A stretch of DNA of 61,202 nt, filler included, from Squatina squatina (Eukaryota): the NCBI GenBank assembly GCA_031763465.1. It is 4 parts of 4 records of this genome, joined end to end, with 100 filler letters (N's around TTAATTAATTAA, not from the genome) between each part and the next. Parts side by side here need not be neighbours in the genome. Positions count along the whole stretch, not along the records: positions 30,361 to 42,382 come from JARFOE010000189.1; positions 42,483 to 61,202 come from JARFOE010000004.1; 2 more parts are not named here. One strand, written 5' to 3'. Both the position numbers and the translations under genes were made by a program. The notes beneath the pieces were generated by a model. The model worked only from the letters and a program-made list of their open reading frames with translations. It was not told the origin of the DNA and made no database searches. Positions 39,561-50,544 of the stretch are shown piece by piece; within the stretch, counting starts at the first letter, position 1; each line of letters starts with the position of its first letter.

Positions 39561-40719
39561 GCATTTAAGATGTAGACAAGATTAATTCAAAGACTTCAAA
39601 GTATGCCAGAATATTAGAAACCACAGATGAAGGTCAACACAAATGCCAGGAGGGCTCCTTTCAGAAAAAGTGACCACTTATGTCAGAGGCGAAAACATTG
39701 AACTAATTCAAGAAACAGTTAGATTGTCATTTTGGGGTAGTTGGCAGGCAATAACTTTCTATTCTGATGGATGATGTAAGCTGGGTTAAATGGCCTTCCT
39801 CATCTATAACTATCTTGTGAACTTAAGACGTTAGAACATATCAAAGGAAAATAAATACTGAAAATCTAAAAGCGAGAAAGAAAGAAATATACATCAAGTC
39901 AGCATTCTGAAAGAAAAAGTGTCGGAAATTCCTCTAATAGTACCCACTGTTCATATGATCTGCACTTTGCACAATTGCAGACCAACTGAACTGAACATAG
40001 AAAACACACAGGGTTATTACTACCTCCATTAATAACTACTGCTTCTTGGATGTTTAGGTGTAACAGAGTACTCCATTAAGTTCAAGCAATATACTTACTA
40101 GTAGTAGGCGGCACAGTAGTAGAAATTATAGTAGCTGTATGTGGGGAGAGGAAAAAAAAAATTACTCACTCACTGGCTCTGTTAACATAACAGTGCTTCT
40201 CAAAACACGAGACGTACATAAAAGGAAATAAAATCAAATAGACAGCCAACAAATTAAAAAGTATGCTCAAAAGCTAGTGTTTAAGATTACAATAGACACT
40301 CTGCCTTTAAATAGCATATTTTTTGCCAAAGAAATAATATTTTATTTCTCATGTGTTTCATTAGTTTCTGAACACAGCATATCCATAGGAGAATTCTACA
40401 CTAATGAGCTGGTAGATATGTTTCCTGACTTCTGCAGAAGGCAGCCTTTGATTAATACTGTGCCACACATACACTTGAGTGGATTGATTTCTCAATTACT
40501 GTGAAGGAGAAATCAGACTAGTGAGACATATGTGAGAAGCAGATGAATCAAAAGGTTAAACTAGATTTTTTTTTTTTTAAGTTTAAGGCATGAGAAAGCT
40601 CATGATAATTCAACCAAAATGGGTCCATTATACATACACCTAATATTGTATTAAAACTCCTAGTGCAACACTGAGCAGCATGTTTAGAGAACAGTTATAT
40701 GAAAAATTGACTAATCTCT

Positions 40720-41060
40720 CTCTATTCTCAAAGGTGTGGACTCCTGGTGAGTACAGTTCCAGGGTGTGTGCCGCCCTTTGATGTCTCGCCCAAGTTACCT
40801 TTTTTCACATGATTGTAAACGGTCAGTATGAATGTTGGAGCATAACAGCAAAGCCCCATCAGGATATCCACACATATGCAACTTCAACATTAGAAAATGG
40901 ATCCTTGGCTGATTTTAATCACCCCTCCCTAACCTGGAAGTATTTAAGCCAATTATCACACTCCCAACTGGCTCCCCAATGGAAAACAGCTAACTCAGCC
41001 CAGACTCATGACCCTTCTGATCCATATGCCTAATACTATATCAGATGGTACCTTGACTCA
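40720..41060 (-). mobile_element. tRNA-derived SINE (second family), diverged
   Basis: CAGCTAACTCAGCCCAGAC and GGAGTACAGTTCC-like blocks, reverse complement of the family body. Confidence 0.5.
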
Positions 41061-42382
41061 ATGCAAAACTGCAAAATTCTGTCTAGATTGATGTGTAAAT
41101 ACTACGTGTAAGTATGAGGTAAATAGCTAAATTTAGTAAAATTCTAGCTAATTATAACCCTGAGTTAAGCCTCTTTTATTACTTAAATGATTCCTGTTGC
41201 TCTATCTGACCGTATAATTGCTCTGTGTGGGTGTAATTATGATGCAAGATTTTTCCATGTGATCTATTAATTAATAAGATTTTGCCTAAATACTGGCAAA
41301 TTGCTGTCCTCCACCATACATCCCAACTGACATAGAGTTGCTGGATGCTTTGAAGTCGTAGTGGTGACAAAAACAGAATTTCTGATCTACGTCAAATCGG
41401 CAAAATTACTGAGGGTAACTTTCAACTTCAGCAGGGGCGGAAAACTGGTGGTATTGGATCCACCCACTCCCCNNNNNNNNNNNNNNNNNNNNNNNNNNNN
41501 NNNNNNNNNNNNNNNNNNNNNNNNNNNNNNNNNNNNNNNNNNNNNNNNNNNNNNNNNNNNNNNNNNNNNNNNGCCCTGGAACACAGTCCATACCCAAGTT
41601 CCTCCTTAATAAACTTTGTAATAGAATCAAGGTTTTAGTTGAAACTGTTACTAACGTTCTTGTTACCTGTTGATCTGGTTTAAACTCACCTTCTGTCAGT
41701 ACTGACCTTTGTAACAGGTTACTCTGGTATTTTCAAAGGCTTAGTAATGGCACCATCCTATTCAATATAAATCAATCTCGAAACACAATTACAGACTTCT
41801 CACCAGTGAGTGATATTCCAAATTTTATTTTCTGCTCTTATAACTGCTGCGTCCCACATACACGACTGTTGCAATGCAATGAGGTGTTGTTATTTTTTTA
41901 CGCATGTTTTATCCTTCAGAAAACCATTCCATCCAGCAGTGCAGAGTTCCATTCTACTGGTATAACTGAAGAGTTGCCAGCTGGAACCTGAAGCTGGCCA
42001 TTGTTATATATTACACATAGGGTAATGAAGCAATTATAATGGCTTCTGTAATCTTGAAAGCAATATGCAACTTGCCTCTCAAGTGATTATTTATTGCAGA
42101 GCATTTTCCGGTTCTTAATTTTATTCTGTCACTAGCAACAACCCAGATTTATCATAGCAACCAATTATGTATGCGAAAACAAAGCTTGACTCAATTTAGA
42201 TCAACATTTAATTGAAAAGAATGTGCGATTGTAAAGAAGACTTGTTGGATAGATCTACATATCTGCTTCACACAAATGTTCTTGACTTTATGTCTGAAAT
42301 TGGAATAAGATTTCTAGAAATGCAACATTTGTTTAAATGCTAATTGGAAAAATGTGAAGATGATACGCGTTTAATACCACTT

Positions 42383-42482
42383 NNNNNNNNNNNNNNNNNN
42401 NNNNNNNNNNNNNNNNNNNNNNNNNNTTAATTAATTAANNNNNNNNNNNNNNNNNNNNNNNNNNNNNNNNNNNNNNNNNNNN
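42383..42482. other. Artificial scaffold-join linker
   Basis: 44 N + TTAATTAATTAA + 44 N. Confidence 0.95.
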
Positions 42483-44283
42483 GGAAGTATCCCTGATTTC
42501 CCACATAGTGCAGGAGGAGCATACCACGGGGCTGAGCTGCGCTTCCATGACTTACCCTTGAATTAAATAAAATCCAATCCCCAATATAAGAAAATCTTAA
42601 TTTTCTAAACTGAACCCTTAACTTAAAGTACTGATGCAAATACAGTATCAAGATACAAGTACAGATGCAAGTATCAGCCAGGTCTCCCACACTTGCTCAT
42701 TATCCAATGGCATCTGCTGGAAAGTTGGTCCATGTAGACTACTTATAAATACAGGATTCAACTTAGCTTTGAGGCTGCCATGCTGCAGCAACCTGCCAAG
42801 ACATTGTCTCTCATACATAAAGAATGTCTACTTATGAGGTTGTGAAAGTCTGCTGGCACCTCTGGAATCATATCCCAACCTCAGCCTGCTCCCAGAAAGG
42901 AAGAGAGAACACTTGGAAAAAATATGTGCAATTATCACACCTCTGCAAGAACCATAGTTGGCCCCTAATGCAAACAGGTAATGAGGTACTTAACCACCCA
43001 TAAGTTAACAAACAAAAACTGCACAACAAGAAATGGGAACTATGTCACAGAGGTGAGGCTCAAGTTTATTTTGGTTACAAGACAGGCTGCAAGCCTTGGG
43101 GAACATTTTGCACAATCATAATTTTCGATCAATTAATAGAAAAGTACAGCTGTACTAGTCTGAGCTCATATATTCTGCCATCAGTAATCATGTGCCGTTA
43201 AGTATGTCAGCAAGCCTGCTGATAATGTCACAAAGCATTTTGTTTCTCCACAAAAATGATTAACCTAGACAATCAGGATTCTGAGAATGTACCATGCTGA
43301 GAGACTGAATGACTACAGTACATTCTGCCATGAAGGAAATTATATTTACCTGGGGCTGTGATAGAACTGTAGTTGCGCTTGACTCATGACAAGAACCAAC
43401 AGTCAATCAGGAATTTAGATGCACAGGGATCAAAATGGTCTGAATGTAGCTAAGTCTGCCATGGGGTCATCTCTGGAGATGACTCTGTGGTCAGGGCTGA
43501 TATATCTTGTGATGAGATTGCAGTTAAGCAGAGGGAAAGGTTGGCAGAGGTTATGGACATTCAGAAGGTATAGTTCCTCCATGCTTAGGACCTCTGGCTT
43601 CAGGGGATACATCGCAGATGCCAACAGAGTCGATATGACATGACAACATGTATTAGACCCCCACTCTGCAGCTCTTTGAGGCAGCACATCATGACCAGAA
43701 ATGTTATACAGGGAAAGAATAATGGAAGGGAAATCACGCTTTGCTGCACCTTCTGGTGGTCTATAACAGAATGGAATTGGCAAAGGCCTGGGAGCAGGTC
43801 TCCTGTTGTGTTTAGTACATCACGCTACAGGTGGGAAGTGAAACATGTTTTTCAGTACATTGGGATATTTGAAATGACACAGACATAGGCATGCAACTCA
43901 GATTTATAAAATGGGACAGGCTCAGAGCTGCCTGGCCTGTGAACTTCCCACCCATCAATGAACTTTGGCTCCAACCCTGCCTATAGCTCATAAAACTGAA
44001 TTCAAGCACATCCTTCACATTGTGCCATTTCTAGTCAGCAAAGTCCATGCACTTTTCATCCTATTGTTATTGGCCCAAGTGCTCTGCTCAATGAGAAAAA
44101 CTGGAATCCATTGACTATAGTGCAGTCGTTGTATGTTTGAGCACTGGCCACCCACATAAGGTCGTTGCCTAACTTATTCATTTNNNNNNNNNNNNNNNNN
44201 NNNNNNNNNNNNNNNNNNNNNNNNNNNNNNNNNNNNNNNNNNNNNNNNNNNNNNNNNNNNNNNNNNNNNNNNNNNNNNNNNNN

Positions 44284-45398
44284 TCGCAACTGGCCCTTGA
44301 GGTTACTTATTTGTCAATTAAGGGAGCATCGTCAAAACTATTTACAACAGACGTCCCGGTGTTGAACAGAGTGGCAGCATCGTTGATCAAGCCATGTTTC
44401 CTCCTCTCGGGTCCATTGGTCTCCTTGGGGTCGACCTGGGATGTTTTGAACTCCCCATAGTCGAGTTCAAAGAACTGCTGGTACATATCGTGGAGCAGTG
44501 CTGCGTATAAGCGTCCAGTCTTTTCGGGACACCAGGATGGTAACTGGACCTGGGTCATGTTCAATACCATTGTGGCCACTTCGTAATGGACCTTGTGGAA
44601 CATTACTTTTTGTGTTGGTATCAACACTCGACTGTTCTCGGGGCCGGAGGTGGTGCGGGGGCAGTGAGTCTCGTCATTCCTCACCGGTCGGGGAGTGAGG
44701 TGTCGTTCAATCTTCTGTGTCAGGATCTCAGTGGCATTTACTACCCCCAGGGGATTAAATGCAATGCATGTCATCTTACTCCTGTGCCAGCCCATATCGT
44801 TTCCCTCATCCTGCCACTGTCGGTGCAATGCTATGGAAACCATAATGGGACAAACTGGCAAGGACCCCCAAATGCATATGTAAGTCCCCTGTTCTTCTGT
44901 CTAACACTTATTCCAGCACAGTTGTGCTCCCTCCTAGTGTAATGGTCCGATAACTGTCATTCCCTAACATTTCCCAGGCTGCAGTCTTGTTTGCCTTATA
45001 GGCGCCCAGCTTTCGGAGCCACCACCATCTGTCCTGGCGAATGTCGCCGTTGCAGCACAGGCAGACTTTTCTGCCGTCGGCTACTATCAGCCTTCGCGCG
45101 ATCACTCGCACCCTGGGGCAGTTGACAGAGGCCTCCCTGAATGTGAACTAAATTGCACTACCCATAAAACTGGTGGAATTTGAGCCTACCCACCCGGCCA
45201 TCGTCCGCTATGGGCCAGTACGGTCTGTCTGGCGAGTCGCCCCGCACCTCCTGCAGTGACCATGGGGCCGTAACCTGCGCTGCAGCCGAATACCAGTGAA
45301 CTTTCGGTGTCGCCCCTTCGGGAATGTCCATAAAATGGGAAGTTGGTGAGGAAGATCCAGAGTGCTTTTATTGCTTTTTGTCGACTTGGTGTCTTCAT
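44284..45398 (-). pseudogene. env: ERV env (partial): signal-like leader, Ig-like segment, F2-like segment, furin site, fusion peptide, start of heptad repeat
   Basis: Acceptor TTTTTCTCTTTCTTGGTTATCCAG then AACC-ATG (45398) MKTPSRQKAIKALWIFLTNFPFYGHS; RRKH (44405-44394) then GLINDAATLFNTGTSVVNSFD; QISNLKGQLR after a frameshift. Confidence 0.75.
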
Positions 45399-45402
45399 GG
45401 TT

Positions 45403-45428
45403 CTGGATAACCAAGAAAGAGAAAAATG
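45403..45428 (-). promoter_or_regulatory. env splice acceptor
   Basis: Polypyrimidine tract + CAG ending at 45403, 4 nt before an ATG with A at -3. Confidence 0.7.
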
Positions 45429-45519
45429 TTGTCCTCGTGTCGGCTTCCACTAGAAGTGGGTGCCGTCCCAGCAGCACACCCACCAATGGAGGAAACTCCG
45501 TCCTCTGGTGCTCCCTTGC

Positions 45520-48145
45520 CTGCTCTCCCCCAAACAGCATTCCCTCCCTTAAGGTGAACTCGTCTCCCCCAAAGGTGCCTTGGCTCGCTGTCCTGCCTGC
45601 TTGGCTGAAATGGCTTCCTTAAACTGGGGTCTCCCTTTTGCAATGACCGGAGGTCTGTGGCTAAAATTATCCCTGGGGGCGGTACCTGCCCTTGCAGCAC
45701 GTCAATGGGGGCAGTGGTGGGGTCTGTGGCAGAAGGATCCCACTCCTCCCCCGTGCGTGCCCCTTCCTTTGCCAGGTCGTCGGCTCGGGCATTACCTTCC
45801 CACCTTGGCTCAAGTTTCGTGGGTGCCCTGACTTTGTGAATGTAATAACCCAGCCCTCCGTGTTCTACCTCCAGGATTTTCTTTAGGAGCGGGGATGTTG
45901 TTAGTGGTCCCACGTCCACGGACGTGAATCCCCGTCTACACCATAATGCCAGATACTCCGTGCAGGAGTTGCACGTAAACAGGGAGTCTGAGCAGCTGGT
46001 GCAGGGTGTTGGGAAAAGTTCACGGTGGGTGACCACGTACGCGACTGAGGCCAGCTCAGTGTGTTGAGCGCCCATCTGAGCTGGGAGTTTAATTGCCCTG
46101 GACACTCCGGTCTGAGGGTCATAAATTCCGCAGGCAGTGAGCCTCTTCCCATCCACTACGAAGCTCGACACATCGACGTATATGTCCCATACCCCGGGAC
46201 ATAATCCTGCTTTAAAACCCAGATCATGATTCCACACTCCCTTCACTGTACACGTGAGTGGGTCTCCTATGTACAACAAATTTAAAGCTAGCCGGGGTTC
46301 CGCGAGTACCTGGACTCGGATGAGGTATTGAGCCAAGAGCAGGATCCAGCTCGTTATGTGTGCACTGCTCACGGTACCATCCTTGATCCGCCCTTCCAAC
46401 AACATTGCAGTCCGAGTGTGGTTGGTGAGCAGGGTGATGGAGGAAAGGCCCGTGAATGGTTAAAAGTGCTTGACTGTCTAGTAAGTGGCTCGGAGGCGCC
46501 GTTCAAAGTTCGAGTAAGTCTTCTCGACTCCTGTGACAACCTAAGATGTGTATACGATCGGACTCAACTTGCTGTGGCGTTCCTGCATCAGCACCGGTCC
46601 TAAGCTGTCCTCACTTGCAACCGCCTCCAAGATGAACTCATCGTTCTCAGTAATGGCTCCCAGGGCTGGGGCGCTCTTCAGGTCGCGTTTCAATTGCTCG
46701 AACATGTCCTGGCAGGACATATCCCATTCCCAGGCGACACCTTTATGCAGAAGGCGGAGCAGGGGTGCGACTGTCGCCGCATAGCCCTCGATGAAGTCCC
46801 GGCATTACCCGGTCAGCCCCAGGAAGGACCTAATCCCTGGCACATCCCTGGGTACGGGCAACTGCTGTACCGTTTCCCGTCAGGTGTCGTCAATGGCTCT
46901 CGCCCCTCCCCGTAATGTCAGCCCCAGGAATTTCACCGCCCGCTGACCTACTTGGCCTTCTGAGGGTTCACGCTCAACCCACTCTGGTAAAGCAATTCCA
47001 GCAGCTCCTCCAGCAATCACACATGCTCCTCCTCATCGTCTGTGAACAACAGGCGATCATCCACATACTGCACCAGCTGAGCAGGCTTGCTGAACGGCTT
47101 TAACGCGTTCACCATACTCTGGTGAAATATGGACAGACTGTTGTGGAAGCCTAGTGGAAGGCAAGTCCACGTACACTGTTGGCCCTGGAAAGTAAACGCA
47201 AATTTGTACTGGTATTCTCGGCACAACGGGATGGACCAAAATCCCGTAGTGATATCCTGTACCGAGAAGACCGTGGCAGTGTTGGGGAGGGTCCCTATCA
47301 AATCGGCCAAGAGGGCCACGGTGGGGGCTCAAGCTGGGAGGTTCTTATTCAGGACTCGATAGTCCACGGTTGCTAACCACGAGCCGTGCGGTTTTCAGAC
47401 CGGCCACAGAGAGGAGTTGACGTGGGTCGCGATCGGACTGAGATCCCCCTGCCTGGTCAGGGACTCTGGGGCAATGGGCAAATCTGCTTTGGCCTCTCGG
47501 GGGGAAATATACTGCCGGATAGGTCGGGACATCGGGTCCCCCTCTATCCGGACCTCCACCTCGGTCATTTGCCCACAATCGTGCTTGTGTGTGGTGAATG
47601 CACCGAGGTGTCACCTGAGGACACTGTGGAACGCGGGCGGTGGGGGGCAGTCCATGATCATGGCTTCCAGTTTGTACTTGGTCTGGGGCTGCATCGTACA
47701 CACTAGCCCTTCCCCCCACCCCCTGTTCCCTTGGGATTACAGTCACTGTGCGATTCTTCCGTCCTGTCCTGCTGCCCTAAAGGCAGTTGTTCTGCAGGTG
47801 GAGTATGATCCAGTGGGCCAGCAGAAAATCGGCCCCGCTCACCCCTGACCTGCAGTGTCTCCACTGGACCAAGATGGTTTTCCACCTGTGTAATTCCCCT
47901 AACTTGATGCGCAGTGGCTTGGACACGACACCAGCCTGCTCGTCACCCGTGAACCCTGCCAAAAGCTACGGGGTCCCGCTCGACCGAGGGAAGTTCTCGG
48001 GGTCCAGATCGTGGATCACCATGCTCAATGCCGCGGTGTCGATCAGGTAATCCCCAATATGTCCATTTCCCTCCATCTCTACACAGGGGCGATCCCACCT
48101 GTCGTAGTAGATGTGGCAGAGCAGAACAGGCTTTGTTGAGCCCAG
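45520..48145 (-). pseudogene. pol: ERV pro-pol: protease, RT, tether, RNase H; integrase almost entirely deleted
   Basis: YLIDTAA (48049-48029) and GADFL; VDYRVLN, FWSIPL, YKFAFTFQGQQCTWTCLPLGFHNS, QYVDD (YVDD 47067-47056); VSSAHITSWILLL tether end; RNase H IYVDVSS / AQHTEL / SDSLF / GNARADDLAK. Confidence 0.93.
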
Positions 48146-50503
48146 TCACTGGGGTGGTGTCTGGGATGGAGAGTTTTGTGTGTGGGATGTGGTGGCTGGG
48201 CAAACGGTCACAATGGCGGCCTTTTCCTACCCAAAGCTTTCCTTCATGTCCAGCAGGATCTCGGCTATCCTCACCTGCTGATCCAGCGGTGGTACCCTGG
48301 GGATCTCTTTCTCCACCCTTTTACCTGAGGTTTTTCGGTTTGCATCTTTATTGGGTGGTGTCCCGGCATTCCAGCTGCATATGCCTGGGCTTGCCACACC
48401 TGAAGCACACCACGACCATCCCTGTCTTACCCTCCTGCCTCCATTCCCGTTTCTTTTCCACCCCTGTATACCGAATACAGGGGCGGGGATCGGGACCTGG
48501 CCGGCCTGTTGAGCTGTAGACACCGTCTCGACAACCACATCGCCTGTCGTTTGCGCTGATGTGGTGCTGCAGAGCGTGGGCTTTGGTTTCGGGGATGCGT
48601 AACCTTGGATAGGTTGGATGGTAAAGTGTAGGTTAGTTTGGGTTTCCTGGCTGTGTGACTACCTGTACTGGGTGAATCGGAGCCGCCGACACGTAGGTTG
48701 GTGCTGTGACTCCCTGCGGTGGGGGTTGTACTGCGCCTGGGATGCAATAGAGTGCCATCAGTGGGCCGGCCTGGCCAGGCATGTACACCGGAGATTGTGC
48801 GGCCCCTGGTACAGGCACGCCGGCTGCGGCCTGGGGTGGAATTCCTCCACCGTTTCCAAGCTCGGGCTTGGGAGTGGCATCAGTGATGGCAAGGGTTTGG
48901 CAGGCGAGTCCGGGTCTTCAGAGCACCTCCGCATCAGTGTGAGTGATGTTCGAGGGTTAAAACCATGTTTGTGCTGACTTGGAGTGCTCAGGCAAACATT
49001 GAGACACGAGCATCCGGAGCCACTGGCTTCGGTCAGCTGGTCTTAGGTCTTGCCACCTCGGATTGTGTCCGCCGAAGCACTGTGAGTACACAGCCCACAA
49101 GCAGCTCGCAAAAATATCTGGGGTTTCAGTGCGCATTTAGTGAGTGGCATCGACTTGGGCCAATGGGCTGCCAATGTCTAAGCCCATGGCTCTTCGAATC
49201 TGTGCGTGGAGATCAAGAGTGTGAACTCCAGGTGCACGGATATGTGGAAGTAGTCGCTGGTGGATCGTGTCCTCCATAGAGAGCCGCAACATTTTGTTGT
49301 GCTCCTCTGTATTGCACGAATGGACATCAGCCAGCTGACTAATGCGGTCAAAATGTACCAGCAGGTCTCCGTTCAACTGGAGCAGCGGGGTCTTGACCAG
49401 TATAGCTTGCAACTGACTGGCGCTGTGGGGAATATGACATTCTCCCAGTAACGGTCCTCTCCCTCCTGCAAGCCCCGGCGGACCATACTGCCTCTGGGTT
49501 ATCGGGCACATGGGCGCCGCTTCGTCTGGGCTCATATCATACTCCGGGGATTCGTCTGAATCTGACTCCGGATTCGGCAGGCCCCAGCCAACATCACTGC
49601 GGGCCTGTCCCACTATTCGCTCCGGACTCCCCCTTGGTTCCGCTGCCCATCTCTCTGTTTCTCCGGGCTCCGGATCACCCTGGGTTTGGCCGCCCATCTC
49701 GCTAGTTGATTTTCCCATACCCTCTTGGCCTGGGGAGCAATCCTGGAATGCGGGGGCCACAGACCGGTTTAAGGTCTGTGACCACCGCTGGGATTTGTGG
49801 GCAATTCAACCACCGGCTTTCACCCCGCCGGTGGTATCCTCGCTGTCGCTGAGCTCATCCGTGTACCCGAGCAGCAGTGCCGCCGGTGCCTTGAGGCAAA
49901 CTATGCCTCTGGCTGTTGACAGGGCGAACTTCAGCTCCCAGTTCTAAGCCATACAATCGCCATGATCCGCAGCCTCGCGTTTTTGCACCTGCATCACGTG
50001 GTTGGCCCCGCCTTATGTCTTGGAGTTGGACTTCCAGCTGAGACACTTTTTTCATGAGCTCCAGATTATCCGCCGTTCATGCCTTCAACTCTTCCTTGCC
50101 CTCTGCCAGTTCAGTGTGGAGCCGGGTAGTTTCTGCCCGCGACTCGAAGGCAAATTGCCTGAGGTCCTGCTCAGCATTATGGAACTTCTCCAAACACTGG
50201 CTACAGACTACATCTCTGGCGATGACCCTGCTGTGTGCGCTGGTCTTCCTCCGTCAGCTCTTCCAGTCACTCTCGGAGCACCTGGTTCTGCATAAAGAGG
50301 CACAGCAGCCACACAGCCTTCCTGCGGGGGCACTTGTGTTCCTGCGAACTCATCCACCGGGCGGCCCCTAACCTTGGGTCCTCAAACCGGCAGATGGTTT
50401 GGAACCACGTACTTACCATGTTAACTTTTGTGTAGGCGTAATCTAGCATACCCTGTTCCAAATCCTTCAGGAGCGTTTGCTCGTCTACGACATCAACATC
50501 CAT
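48146..50503 (-). pseudogene. gag: ERV gag (frameshifted)
   Basis: ATG at 50503 just after the PBS; coiled-coil-like N-terminal region; helical capsid-like region within the 49760-49137 ORF; Pro/Gln-rich linker; CFRCGKPRHMQLEC zinc knuckle at 48407-48366; TGA at 48148-48146. Confidence 0.85.
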
Positions 50504-50517
50504 TTTCTTGCCTTGAG

Positions 50518-50535
50518 GTCCCAGTTGGGTCGCCA
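50518..50535 (-). promoter_or_regulatory. Primer binding site, tRNA-Arg-like
   Basis: TGGCGACCCAACTGGGAC, 9 nt after the LTR-terminal CA; 16/18 match to the complement of a vertebrate tRNA-Arg(CCG) 3' end as recalled (TGGCGACCCAGATGGGAC). Confidence 0.75.
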
Positions 50536-50544
50536 AAATTTTTA

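Noticed and set aside
43340-43800. 117-aa minus-strand ORF or Harbinger N-terminal remnant; also checked as the ERV 3' LTR
   Set aside because: Too degenerate to assign and shows no similarity to the 50545-52575 LTR
44586-50435. Many plus-strand ORFs over the ERV
   Set aside because: Antisense shadows of GC-rich decayed coding sequence with no motifs
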